Notes: generated by a model not told the origin, from the sequence alone. 16,263 nt of DNA from Thermoplasmata archaeon (GCA_041489255.1 JBGPQV010000034.1:1-16263); one strand, 5' to 3'. Shown: positions 1 to 9,301, counted from the stretch's first letter. Made by a program: numbers and translations.

Positions 1-689
1 AGCCAGAGCTTCGCCAGCTCGTCCAGGAGCGGTGAACCGGTGTTCAAGGAGAGATATTCACTCGGTCCGACTCTCTCGGACACTATGACGCCGAGGGAGA
101 CGAGGTCCAAGACGGCACGGCGGGTCGTCGAGTAAGGCGTGTGGGCTTCGATCGAGAGCTCCCTGATCGTGTGCTTGCGCTCCCTGTCGGACAGCAGGGC
201 GTCCAGCACGCCCCGGTTCCTCAACACCCTGTGCATGGGAGGTGGTCGACGTCTCTCGACAGCAGGCGTTCTGTTGTCACGGATTTTCAGGGCCTTCTTC
301 ATTCGCCGCAAGAATGCCGGTCGCGGAGGGCCGATCGACGGTTCGACAATCACCTCAGTATGCTCGCCGACCGCCATAAGTCCGACTTCGAGCGCCTTCG
401 CCGCGGTCTTCAGCTTCGCATCAACCCGCGTGGCGGGGACGGCGAGATAGGCGGACGTGGCGTCGGTCGCATACAAAGCTACGTGTAGCAATGCCCTTCT
501 GATGTCGCCGCGGGCGCCGACGGCTTCCGCGATTATGACGGTGTCGCCCTTCACCGCCACGAAGTCCGGCCGCCATGTGCGCACGCGGATCTGGCGGGCA
601 ACCGCGAAGCCTCTGTCCTTGAGGAATGAGGAGACGGCTTCCTCCACTTTGGCGTGGCTGGTGTCGTCTTCTGGAATATATGATTTCAT
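1..689 (-). CDS. Partial (runs off the window) PD-(D/E)xK-like nuclease-fold domain fused to a winged helix-turn-helix domain
   Basis: Hand translation from ATG 689 is open for 229 codons to the window edge; it is absent from the ORF track. N-terminal half: MKSYIPEDDTSHAKVEEAVSSFLKDRGFAVARQIRVRTWRPDFVAVKGDTVIIAEAVG. C-terminal part HTIRELSIEAHTPYSTTRRAVLDLVSLGVIVSERVGPSEYLSLN has a wHTH pattern. A TATA-like element lies ~27 bp upstream. Confidence 0.8.
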   Translation of the reverse strand, partial: MKSYIPEDDTSHAKVEEAVSSFLKDRGFAVARQIRVRTWRPDFVAVKGDTVIIAEAVGARGDIRRALLHVALYATDATSAYLAVPATRVDAKLKTAAKALEVGLMAVGEHTEVIVEPSIGPPRPAFLRRMKKALKIRDNRTPAVERRRPPPMHRVLRNRGVLDALLSDRERKHTIRELSIEAHTPYSTTRRAVLDLVSLGVIVSERVGPSEYLSLNTGSPLLDELAKLW

Positions 690-690
690 G

Positions 691-729
691 TTTGGTCAGT
701 TATGACCAAATGTGGATATAATGATTTCC
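691..729 (-). promoter_or_regulatory. Promoter (TATA/BRE) with inverted-repeat operator TTTGGTCA-N4-TGACCAAA
   Basis: Perfect 8-bp arms at 691-698 and 703-710, sitting between the ATG at 689 and minus-strand GGAAATC-ATTATAT (729-716). Confidence 0.65.
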
Positions 730-993
730 TTGCGGCGGCTGGATCGGCGAATGTCGTCGGGGCTCAACACGGGCCCGGGGTGTGCTGTGTTCTCTGATTG
801 ACCGAACAGGGTGATGATGATTCCCGGCTCACCGCCATCGCCGTCCTTTCCCGCCCATCAACACCCATTGATCCCCTCCTACACCTCCCCCGCATGCGCC
901 CGAGTCACCGCATCTACTGCACCAGGAGTGAGAAGCTGGAGGGGAGAGGTGCTCCTCACTCGTTCAAAGCTTGACGCTCGCGCGCACCTCATC

Positions 994-2508
994 TCAACGG
1001 ATGTTCAAGATGATGACGACCTCCGCCTCGGCGCCATCGTCATCATTCACCGTCACCTTCAGGCTGTAGGTCCCCGCCACCGCATACTCATGGGTCTGCG
1101 TATCCGTCGCAGTGAACGGGCAGGCCCCGCCACCAGGATAGAACGAGACGACGGCGGGAGAACCGTCTCCCCAGTCCCACGTGAACGTGAGGTCGTCCGC
1201 ACCCGCATCAGTCGCTGTGGCGGCGATCGTGATGTTCCTTCCCGCCATCGCCTGGCCCAGGCCCACCGTCCACTCCCATGTGTCCCGGTGTCGCGCGTTG
1301 AAGGTGTGTTTGAAGGTCCGATTCTCCCCAGTGTCCATCGCGAGGGTGAGGCTCGCGGGCGTCGCCCCGTTCCACTGGCCGTTCAGCTGGTCGTCGTCCG
1401 GCGTGTACCGCACGCTGAGGGATCTCTCCTTAGCCGGGTCGACGGTGACCGGGAACGACGCCTCCTGCGGCTTCCCCGGCTGACGGAGCAGCGTCGCCAC
1501 GAGCGTCTCGTTGCCGCCCTCGACCAGGTACGCCGAGACGTCGTGCCACTTCTCCCCCGCGATCCTCAGCGTGGCGGTTGCGGTGGCGGCCGGTGAACTG
1601 AGGGACACCCTCGGCGCGACGTTGGAGACGTTGCACTCCAAGCAGCTGTTGCTCGCGTCCGCCTCTGTCTTGGTCACCTTGAAGTTCAGGTCGCACTTCG
1701 GCACGGAGTTGTTCGAGACGAACAGCCACGAGCTCCCTTGCTGGTAGTAGGTGCCCTCGTAGGTGACGTAATCCCAGGAGACCCTCGACGGATACATCCA
1801 GGTCCAGGGCGGCTGGTTGTAGCTCGACTTGTGGCACGCGAGAATGTACTTCAAGCTTGCCGACAGGGCCACGGGGCTGACGAGGTTGCACCAGTCCCAG
1901 TAGTTGCCGCCGCTCCCGCCCGGTGTGCACGACGCGAGCAAGATCCCCGTGTTGGCGCTATACAGCCTGATGGATAGATCCGGATACGTGTAGTTCCACC
2001 GCCAGAATCCGAGGCCGGTCACGGTCATGCTGACCTTCGGCGTGAACTTCCAGCCGGTGTCTGGATAGTAGTACAATCCGTCCACCCCGGTGCTCCCCTC
2101 GAGGGCGGTCCCGTTGTAGGTCACAGTCTTCGTGGAAATCCCGTCCCAGCCCTCGACGCAGACCTTGCCCTCGTAGTCGTCGTAGAAGATATAGTCCAAG
2201 AACCAGTCGGCGGTCCATATGCCCAAGGAGCCCCCGCCATACTGTGACGGGTAGTCCCATTTGCCGTCGCCGTTCAGGTCCCAGCGGAACAGGAAAAGAT
2301 TCGGGTCGTTCCACTCGACCCAGAAGTGCACCGTGCACGGCTCGTCGCAGGAGGTCCTGTTGGCCATCACCCTCAGGTAGTAGTCCATCGGCTCGGGCAC
2401 GGTCCCGTTCTGCGGCCGCGTGACGTCCCCGATCTGGCCCATGGCGCCGGTCATCACGAAAGCCAATACAACGAATACTGCGACATTCCTCATCATCTGC
2501 ATTCCCAA
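994..2508 (-). CDS. Secreted PKD-domain protein with an inserted DUF4082-like beta-domain
   Basis: 504-aa ORF with an N-terminal hydrophobic signal and GGAGGAG upstream. PKD-type motifs: FRWDLNGDGKWD and FTWDWGDGS...HEYAVAGTYSLKVTVNDDDG. The central GWKFTPKVSMTVTGLGFW...LYSANTGILLAS...W...LVSPVALSASLKYILA resembles DUF4082. The start could be TTG 2508 or ATG 2502. Confidence 0.8.
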   Translation of the reverse strand: MGMQMMRNVAVFVVLAFVMTGAMGQIGDVTRPQNGTVPEPMDYYLRVMANRTSCDEPCTVHFWVEWNDPNLFLFRWDLNGDGKWDYPSQYGGGSLGIWTADWFLDYIFYDDYEGKVCVEGWDGISTKTVTYNGTALEGSTGVDGLYYYPDTGWKFTPKVSMTVTGLGFWRWNYTYPDLSIRLYSANTGILLASCTPGGSGGNYWDWCNLVSPVALSASLKYILACHKSSYNQPPWTWMYPSRVSWDYVTYEGTYYQQGSSWLFVSNNSVPKCDLNFKVTKTEADASNSCLECNVSNVAPRVSLSSPAATATATLRIAGEKWHDVSAYLVEGGNETLVATLLRQPGKPQEASFPVTVDPAKERSLSVRYTPDDDQLNGQWNGATPASLTLAMDTGENRTFKHTFNARHRDTWEWTVGLGQAMAGRNITIAATATDAGADDLTFTWDWGDGSPAVVSFYPGGGACPFTATDTQTHEYAVAGTYSLKVTVNDDDGAEAEVVIILNIR

Positions 2509-2904
2509 TCAACTCCTCCAGTAATCGGAAGGGCAGAGTCTTGGGCGGTTGTCGATGATGTGAGGACGGAGCGAGAACGCAGGCTCTCCTGAATGCTGTG
2601 TAGCAATTCTTCGATTCCCCCGCCTTCGCCCAAGCACTCGAGCCCCATCATTACTTGGTCTGCGGCTTATTTAACTGTGTTGGTGCGGTCTTGGATATTT
2701 CGGGCTTTCACCTCTTCTCAGGTGCCAGGCAGGACGCGATCATGCCATGCGGTTGACGACGGTGCACGGTCTCCCCATCAACTCTTGTCGATCCTCCTTC
2801 GAAACCTTTCGACTTGGATCCGAGTCACCGCGTCGGCTGCTTCCTTGCGCGCCCCGAAGTGCCATAAATGTTATTAGCCTTGATGGACCTACGAACGTGG
2901 GAGG

Positions 2905-4542
2905 ATGGCGGCCATGTCGGATGGAGAGACAGCTGGCAGTCCAGCGGTGCGTGAGTCGTCTGCCGGACGGGGAAAGGGCAAGAAGATCGCGGCTTCCTTT
3001 GCGGCAGTCGCAATCATTTGTGCGGCAGTTGCTGCTGTCATTCTGACGCTGCCGCCACAGTCACCTTCCGAACTCCCTTGCGACCGCTCGGAGACCATGC
3101 CGATTGATTTCAGCTCCGTGACAAAGGCCGGGATTCCGCCATTCAACAACAGCGCCTCCTGGGACGTCACATGCGTCAGTCGGCGACTCGCATCGGCAAC
3201 CTCGTACGAGGTGCGAATCCACAGATCCATCGACGCGTCATGGTCGTCGCCTCAGCCTCTGGTCTTCGGCACAATCGTGATGCTGGACCAGATAGCCCGG
3301 ACGATAATTACTGACGCCGATGGAAACGGAAAGCTGTCGGTGGGCGACATCTTTCTGGTCTACGGAATGGAGGATCACTATTACTGGGAGTTTTATATTG
3401 TGTCTGCCGATCATCCCGCGGGCCTGGGAGCCGCCAACTGGGACACGAAGTCAGCGCTGCCGACGATTGCCTTCTCGCAGCCGACCTACGGCGGCACTCC
3501 AGGGGTCAACGCGACCGTGAGCTGGAACGTGGTCAGCACGGTGCAGCGGACTTACTCGTTCTCGCACTACAAGGCTCGGATCAAAAAGGATGGAGTCTCG
3601 CTGGTTCTCAGCCCGAAGACGCTTTCCGGCAACGCAGTCTTGATCTTCGGGGCCTTCGATTACGGTGTGAAATTAATAGTGAGCGATCTGACGGCGGATG
3701 GGAACCTGACCGTCGGTGACAGGTTCTCCGTCTATCAATTGCCTTCGGGCCATTCGTGGAACTTCACCCTATTCTGGTTCCAGGACTCCGTTGAGCTGGA
3801 GTGGATCGATTGGACGACTGCGCAGATGCCACGGCCGGTCGTCAAGTTCAGTACGGTCACCAAGGACGGCACCCCGCCGTTCAACAACACCGCGAATTGG
3901 ACGGTCGCGGAGGTCTCCGGCCCCGCCTATACGCTCAATTCATACGGGGTGACCGTGGCGGAGGACGGCAATACTCTCACAGCCTATCCGTTGAACCTGA
4001 CAGCGGGCCATGCGATGGCGTACGGGGCAATCGTGAGGGTGCTATTCGGCGATCTCGGAGGAGACGGCGTGCTCACCGTGGGAGACTCCTTCCTGGTCTA
4101 CGGGATGCTCGAACCCCACGCATGGAGTCTCGCCTTGTTATGGTGGCATGACAGCACCATCCTTGCCTGGGCCAATTGGACCACAGGTCCGACAAAGCCA
4201 ATGGTGTCGTTCTCGAGCCCGATACAGGGCGGATCCGGGACGAATCTCACTATGAGGTGGGCCGTTGCCGCCAGCTCTGGCTCCTGCGTGTTCTCACTGT
4301 TCGAGGTGCAAATCGAAATGGATGCAGTCCCCGTCGGACCTGCCGTGGTCTTGTCGGCTGGCGCGGTGATTTCACTAGGTGGGACCGTCAGCCTGATACT
4401 CAGCGACGCGAACATGGACGGGAAGCTCACCGCGGGGGACATGTTCTTCGTCTACGGCATGCCGAGCGCCCACATCTGGAAGTTTCACCTGATATGGGCT
4501 ATGGACGGCACAGATGTGCAGACATTCACCTGGAATACATAG
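2905..4542 (+). CDS. Membrane-anchored surface protein with four tandem ~120-aa beta-rich repeats
   Basis: 545-aa ORF with a basic stretch plus hydrophobic helix near the N-terminus. Four repeats contain TDADGNGKLSVGDIFLVYG, SDLTADGNLTVGDRFSVYQ, GDLGGDGVLTVGDSFLVYG and SDANMDGKLTAGDMFFVYG, each ending in W.W.T-like sequence. Many N-x-S/T sequons. Confidence 0.85.
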   Translation: MAAMSDGETAGSPAVRESSAGRGKGKKIAASFAAVAIICAAVAAVILTLPPQSPSELPCDRSETMPIDFSSVTKAGIPPFNNSASWDVTCVSRRLASATSYEVRIHRSIDASWSSPQPLVFGTIVMLDQIARTIITDADGNGKLSVGDIFLVYGMEDHYYWEFYIVSADHPAGLGAANWDTKSALPTIAFSQPTYGGTPGVNATVSWNVVSTVQRTYSFSHYKARIKKDGVSLVLSPKTLSGNAVLIFGAFDYGVKLIVSDLTADGNLTVGDRFSVYQLPSGHSWNFTLFWFQDSVELEWIDWTTAQMPRPVVKFSTVTKDGTPPFNNTANWTVAEVSGPAYTLNSYGVTVAEDGNTLTAYPLNLTAGHAMAYGAIVRVLFGDLGGDGVLTVGDSFLVYGMLEPHAWSLALLWWHDSTILAWANWTTGPTKPMVSFSSPIQGGSGTNLTMRWAVAASSGSCVFSLFEVQIEMDAVPVGPAVVLSAGAVISLGGTVSLILSDANMDGKLTAGDMFFVYGMPSAHIWKFHLIWAMDGTDVQTFTWNT

Positions 4543-4615
4543 TCCGTCGCCAGGATGGGTGATGAAAATCGAGACGGTCCCTCTTCGGGGCCATCGGGGA
4601 GAGCGGTAGTTATGT

Positions 4616-4735
4616 CTACTTCATCGGCTCCGCGACCGGCTTGACCAGCTCGGCCTCGCCGCTCTGGTCCACGGGCATCCTGATCGTGCTCCGGAGCCGC
4701 TGGAAGTTCTTCGCCGACGCGCAGCCCTTCCCCGC
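4616..4735 (-). pseudogene. 3' remnant of a paralog of the helical protein at 13506-13892
   Basis: Translates AGKGCASAKNFQRLRSTIRMPVDQSGEAELVKPVAEPMK*, versus VGKDSKDAANFRRLRSRIRRPEAEEDLVEPVKPIADPMK* for the intact copy. No similarity or start codon upstream of 4735. Confidence 0.85.
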
Positions 4736-4973
4736 ACGATTCCGGGTCAGCGCCTCAATTGCATCAATATCGAACGGCCGAAGGGGATTCCACGATTCGC
4801 TTCAATGAGCCGCAAACCCTTCTCCGAAACGCGTATTTCACAAGCGAGTGCACAAATACGCTATTATAGATGATTGCAGGTTCTTCTGTTGCATCGTCAA
4901 CATGCAGCCCTGGGCTGCATCTGACCGCGGGAGAAACGGATACGATGGGTGCGAGTGAGGAGGTATCGGACTG

Positions 4974-7900
4974 ATGTGCGCTTTCAGACAGTGTGCGGTC
5001 GTCGCTGTGATTGTCCTAATGATGCTCGGGTCGCTCGTCGTCCTCCAGCCTCCCGCCATGGGGGACGGGCCCATGGCGGGGCCGGCCATCCTGAAAGTCG
5101 GGGGGCAGGATAAGATGAAGACGAGGAATCCCCTGCCTGCCATCGCGAACGACATCTGGACCCGCGACGTCCTCGACCGCGTATATGACACTCTTGGAAG
5201 GGTCGCGCCTGAGACCGAGGCTCTCCTGCCCTACATCATCAAGGGGATCGACGCGAACGAGGATGGCGTGTTCCAGGCAAACGAGTACGGGGTGTTCACC
5301 AAGAATCCCGGGACGAACCCGTTGGACGTCATCGCTTTCTACGACTTCAACGGCGTGTACTTCCACGATGCCGTGCAGGCGAACGAGGGCGACCTGTACT
5401 TCTCGTATCAGCTGCAGGGGTCGAATCCGCGCATGAACCTCAGCCTGCGCGTCCTGAAGGACAAAGCCGGCAAGTCCGGGAGCAACTACACGGTGACGCG
5501 TTGGCTCTTCATGACGCCGTTCCCGAAGGTCTGGGAGAACGAACCTGCGGCGGGCAACTCGTCGCTGCGCTTCGCGGTCAGGTTCCTGCTTCAGGAGCCA
5601 TTCGCCCTCTTCGCCCGTCAGACGCTCGTCGACGTGACGCTCTATCCCCGCCACGTCTGGGAGGGTGTCGGATGGAGGTGGGACACGAAACCTCCCGGAT
5701 GCAGCTGGACGAGCCCGTGCATGATGACTCCCTTGCACGCCGACTTCGGGCTGACGATTTACCCGGAGACTGACGCGCGGTTCCCCCAGGGAATCCCGAC
5801 GACCGAAACGCTGTACAAGCCTTTTGTCTACCTGAACTCGGGGACTCCCGCGGAGGACAGCGCAGAGGAATGGATGCTGACGGATGATGAGGTGACAGGC
5901 ACCGGGCCGTTCGAGTTTGACTACTTCAACGAGGCGAGCGCAACCGCCCTGGTCACGACCTTCAAAGACTATTACACCGGGAACGACAGCAGGACTGGCA
6001 CCGTCATCGATCCGTACATCGCCACATACGTCAACGTGCCGCACATCGACGGCATCGCATTCAATGTGTACGCGTCACTGACGTTGGGGATTCTCGCACT
6101 GATGGCGGGTAATCTCGACTTCTACCTCGCAGACATCCCCCCGGAGTACTTGCCGACGCTATCCTCCGATCCCAACATGGCATTGTGGACGTCGCCGGAA
6201 CGTGGCTTCACGTATCTGGGCTACAATATGAGGAGACCCTGGATGGGCTCATGGCACTATGGGATGGCAGATCAGTTCGACATCGGATTCCACTTCCGGA
6301 AGGCCGTCGCCCACCTGATCAACAAGACAAGGATAGTCGATTCCTTCCTCTCGGGCTACGGTGTGCCCGGCGTCGTGCCGCTGAGCCCGCTTAACATCAA
6401 GTTCTACAACGCGTCCCTGATGGGATACGGCTTCGACGTTTCGCAAGCTCTGACCGAGATGGGCCTGGCGCATGCCGACGCCGTGTGGCTGTCGACTCAG
6501 CCGGGCGGGCCTCCTGAGGCCGCGACTTGGTTCACCGTGGACCCCGGCACCGGGAAGTACATCCTTCCCGGCATCGGCACGGCGGAGTTCGAACTCTGGT
6601 GCCCGAACGCCGACTACGACCCTGTCAAGGCGAACTCGTGCACGATGATCGCGAACGAGATGAACAACCTGGGCATCAACGTCAGAGCTCGGCCGGCCGC
6701 CTTGAGCGCCATCATGGCAATGATGAATGCCCACGACTTCGACATGTACATCCATTCATGGGAGATACACACAGGGGATCCCGACTATCTCTACGCCTTC
6801 TTCCACTCGTCCCAGGCCCCGGCGGGATTGAACTACCCCGGTGCCAATTTCCCGATGCTCGACTGGGCGCTCGACGAGTCCAGGATGGAGCTCAACGAGA
6901 GCCTGAGGGTCGTGCTCCTGCAATGGGCACAGCAAATGCTCCTTGATGAGCTGCCATACGACACGCTCTACTTCCGCACGAGGATCGAGGCCACGCGAAA
7001 CGACAGTTTCGTCGGCTGGATCCCCGACATCGACACAATATGGAACTATTGGTCCCTGCTGAACCTCACGTACATCCGCGTCAACAACCCGCCGATCGCG
7101 GACTTCACGGTGAACCCTTCGTCGGGGGGCACATCCACGATCTTCTCGTTCGACGCCTCCTACTCGTCGGATGTCGAGGATTCCCTCGCCGCGCTGGAGG
7201 TCCGCTGGGACTGGGAGGACGACGGGACGTGGGACACAGGATGGACGACGTTCAAAACAGCTCAGCACACGTTTTCCTCCCCCGGAACGTACACGGTCCG
7301 GCTCGAGGTCTTGGACACGGAGGGCTTGAAAGGCAGCACCACCAGGTCACTGCAGGTCCTGGAGGTCAATACTGCCCCTGTTGCCGTCTTCACCGTGATT
7401 CCTGCGCAAGGCGGGCTGGGCACCGACTTCGCGTTCGACGCCTCCTCTTCGTGGGACGAGGAGGACTCGCCGTCGGTCCTCGAGGTGATGTGGGATTGGC
7501 AGGACGACGGATTCTGGGACACATCATGGTCGACTGTCAAGACCGCCCAGCATCAATACGGGGCGAACGGCACATACACAGCTCGATTGATCGTCAGGGA
7601 CTCCGGCAACCTCACGGACACGACGACGCGACAGGTCAACGTGAGCAACGCTCCGCCCGTTGCGTCGTTCGATGTCCTGCCGCTCGCCGGGGACATCACG
7701 ACCACATTCTCCGTGGACTCATCTGGCGTCTGGGACCAAGAGGACCCGCCATCAGCTTTGGAGGTTCGCTGGGACTGGGAGGACGATGGGACATGGGACA
7801 GTTCCTGGACCACGACGAAGACCGCCGGACACGTCTACGACGCCCCCGCCAACTACAACATCCGACTCGAGGTCAGAGACACCGGAGGCATGACCGGCAC

Positions 7901-8357
7901 CTCGGTCCAACAGGTCGAGGTGTACAACACCCCGCCGACCGCCGCCTTCAATGTCTCTCCGCTCGGTGGGGACATCGAGGCGGTGTGGACGTTCAACGCC
8001 TCGGCATCCCAAGACCTAGAAGACCCGACAGGGCTTCTCGAGGTCCGATGGGATTGGGACGGTGACGGGACATGGGACACCGGCTGGTCCTCTGAGAAAG
8101 TCGTCACACATAAGTATCCGAGTCCTGGCAACTACACGGTCAAGCTCGAGGTTAGGGACACGGACGGGCTCACGAACCTCACAACGAAGTATGTGTTGGT
8201 GGAGCAGCCCGCTGCCCCTCCTTCCGTCGAGTTGCCGATTCTGCTCCTGATTGTCGGCGTCGCGGTCGCCCTCGGCATGATAGTCTTTATCGTTTACGTG
8301 AGAAGGCGGAGAGCGAAGAAGGATCAGGAGCCGCCGGAGGGGCAAACACGCGAATAG
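4974..8357 (+). CDS. ABC transporter substrate-binding protein family 5 (OppA/DppA-like) with four C-terminal PKD domains and a membrane anchor
   Basis: 1127-aa ORF with GAGGAGGT RBS at 4957-4964 and a signal peptide. SBP5 hallmarks: GTGPFEF, YLGYNM, FRKAVAHLINK, NYPG..., AQQMLLDELPY. Four repeats containing LEV(R/M)WDW..DG.WD. C-terminal TM helix followed by RRRRAKK. Confidence 0.92.
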   Translation: MCAFRQCAVVAVIVLMMLGSLVVLQPPAMGDGPMAGPAILKVGGQDKMKTRNPLPAIANDIWTRDVLDRVYDTLGRVAPETEALLPYIIKGIDANEDGVFQANEYGVFTKNPGTNPLDVIAFYDFNGVYFHDAVQANEGDLYFSYQLQGSNPRMNLSLRVLKDKAGKSGSNYTVTRWLFMTPFPKVWENEPAAGNSSLRFAVRFLLQEPFALFARQTLVDVTLYPRHVWEGVGWRWDTKPPGCSWTSPCMMTPLHADFGLTIYPETDARFPQGIPTTETLYKPFVYLNSGTPAEDSAEEWMLTDDEVTGTGPFEFDYFNEASATALVTTFKDYYTGNDSRTGTVIDPYIATYVNVPHIDGIAFNVYASLTLGILALMAGNLDFYLADIPPEYLPTLSSDPNMALWTSPERGFTYLGYNMRRPWMGSWHYGMADQFDIGFHFRKAVAHLINKTRIVDSFLSGYGVPGVVPLSPLNIKFYNASLMGYGFDVSQALTEMGLAHADAVWLSTQPGGPPEAATWFTVDPGTGKYILPGIGTAEFELWCPNADYDPVKANSCTMIANEMNNLGINVRARPAALSAIMAMMNAHDFDMYIHSWEIHTGDPDYLYAFFHSSQAPAGLNYPGANFPMLDWALDESRMELNESLRVVLLQWAQQMLLDELPYDTLYFRTRIEATRNDSFVGWIPDIDTIWNYWSLLNLTYIRVNNPPIADFTVNPSSGGTSTIFSFDASYSSDVEDSLAALEVRWDWEDDGTWDTGWTTFKTAQHTFSSPGTYTVRLEVLDTEGLKGSTTRSLQVLEVNTAPVAVFTVIPAQGGLGTDFAFDASSSWDEEDSPSVLEVMWDWQDDGFWDTSWSTVKTAQHQYGANGTYTARLIVRDSGNLTDTTTRQVNVSNAPPVASFDVLPLAGDITTTFSVDSSGVWDQEDPPSALEVRWDWEDDGTWDSSWTTTKTAGHVYDAPANYNIRLEVRDTGGMTGTSVQQVEVYNTPPTAAFNVSPLGGDIEAVWTFNASASQDLEDPTGLLEVRWDWDGDGTWDTGWSSEKVVTHKYPSPGNYTVKLEVRDTDGLTNLTTKYVLVEQPAAPPSVELPILLLIVGVAVALGMIVFIVYVRRRRAKKDQEPPEGQTRE
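7083..8200 (+). repeat. Four tandem intragenic PKD repeats (~280 bp each)
   Basis: Repeats start NNPPIADF, NTAPVAVF, NAPPVASF and NTPPTAAF, with visible nucleotide similarity (gaggtccgctgggactgggaggacga). Confidence 0.9.
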
Positions 8358-8398
8358 TCTCAAGGCTGAAGAATCCTTTTTCTATCTGTATCTGCCTT

Positions 8399-8574
8399 CA
8401 TGCACCCGAGTCAGCGCGTCATACTCACAGGAGCCTGCGCCGCGCGGGGCTGAGTCCGGACGAAGGATGTTTATACGATATTCGACAATGGGAAAATCAT
8501 AAGACCTCACAGGCAGCGGGGCAGTTGCTCCTTGAGGCGGTAGACCGTCGCTGCCTGCTTAAGACAACCTTTTT
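8399..8574 (+). repeat. ~175-bp intergenic element, copy 1 (direct repeat of 11215-11388)
   Basis: Manual alignment: the first 77 nt differ by 1 substitution and a 2-nt indel, the next 22 nt by 8 substitutions, and the next 70 nt by 2 substitutions. Confidence 0.95.
8498..8574 (+). ncRNA. Candidate ~75-nt hairpin small RNA, copy 1
   Basis: TTTATA at 8470-8475 preceded by purine-rich GAAGGA; 9-bp stem CAGGCAGCG (8510-8518)/CGCTGCCTG (8549-8557); T-run at 8570-8574; no conserved ORF between the copies. Confidence 0.5.
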
Positions 8575-8690
8575 CCTGAGTCGATTTCAGGGGATGAGAA
8601 AGGTAGTGACATCATCTGTCCTGCCAACGTAATATTCACTCACAATGAATCCCTGATGCAGCAGCGCCAAGACGAGGAATCAGCAGGACT

Positions 8691-8840
8691 TCACAATGCC
8701 TTGTCCGGTCTCCTTGGCGGATAATACAGCCCGATAATGGTCCAAGTCGGGTACAGACTATGGGTTCCCATGAAGAAATGAAGGTCCTTCTCTACTCAGG
8801 AGGGATGAAAGAACCTGTCTCCGATCTTCTCCAGTGTCAT
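8691..8840 (-). pseudogene. Internally deleted remnant of the DUF488 downstream partner gene
   Basis: ATG overlaps the DUF488 stop (ATGA). It reads MTLEKIGDRFFHPS*VEKDLHFFMGTHSLYPTWTIIGLYYPPRRPDKAL*. The KDLxFFxGT...IIGLxYPP tail resembles the C-terminus of uncharacterised proteins encoded beside DUF488. Confidence 0.65.
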
Positions 8841-9301
8841 AGGTGCATAATGTGGAAACCGTCCATCTCCAGTCTCTTGGCCAGAATCTGGCGGTGGCAG
8901 GCGGTGTAGTCCCTTTCGAAACACATCATCGCGGAGGCCGTTGTCTCAACCAACGTGCTGAGCAGTCTATACGCTTGTCCATTCTTGTCAAGGTGGCGGG
9001 TATATCCCTCCAGCAGTCGTTCCAACGACCCCCCGTTCTTCATCTTCTTGCGGAGCGCTGGCGGCGTCCCCAATTCGGGAATGTGATGATAGAGGATAGT
9101 CTGCTTCCAGAGTTCCTGGCTCAAGGCGCCTTTGGAGAACCCGTTCTTCCGGCTGAATGGCCGCTCTCTCACGTCGACGACCTGTTCGATGCCCGACTGC
9201 CGCAGCATCTGCATGAACTGGTCGATGGTCCGGCCTTCGTATCCGATCGTCCATGCTTCCTTCTGCCGCCTCGGGTCCGACGACTTCTTCACGAGGGTCA
9301 C
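8837..9301 (-). CDS. DUF488 family protein
   Basis: Motifs TIGYEGR, VDVRERPFSRKNGFSK, YHHIPELG and MCFERDYTACHR. The start (GTG 9301) is uncertain and the gene may be 5'-truncated. Confidence 0.9.
   Translation of the reverse strand: MTLVKKSSDPRRQKEAWTIGYEGRTIDQFMQMLRQSGIEQVVDVRERPFSRKNGFSKGALSQELWKQTILYHHIPELGTPPALRKKMKNGGSLERLLEGYTRHLDKNGQAYRLLSTLVETTASAMMCFERDYTACHRQILAKRLEMDGFHIMHL

Noticed and set aside
8449-8467. Hammerhead ribozyme-like CTGAGTCCGGACGAAG in both repeat copies
   Set aside because: Lacks the CUGANGA core, the stem II loop and GAAA; the GAAGGA fits a BRE position better.
8498-8574. tRNA, canonical H/ACA guide or integron attC
   Set aside because: No cloverleaf or T-loop; ACA is 6 nt from the main stem with no clear bipartite pocket or K-turn; no RYYYAAC/GTTRRRY boxes and no integrase in the window.
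8587-8680. Short minus-strand open stretch ...LALLHQGFIVSEYYVGRTDDVTTFLIP*
   Set aside because: Could be another gene tail, but I recognise no family and see no start signal.
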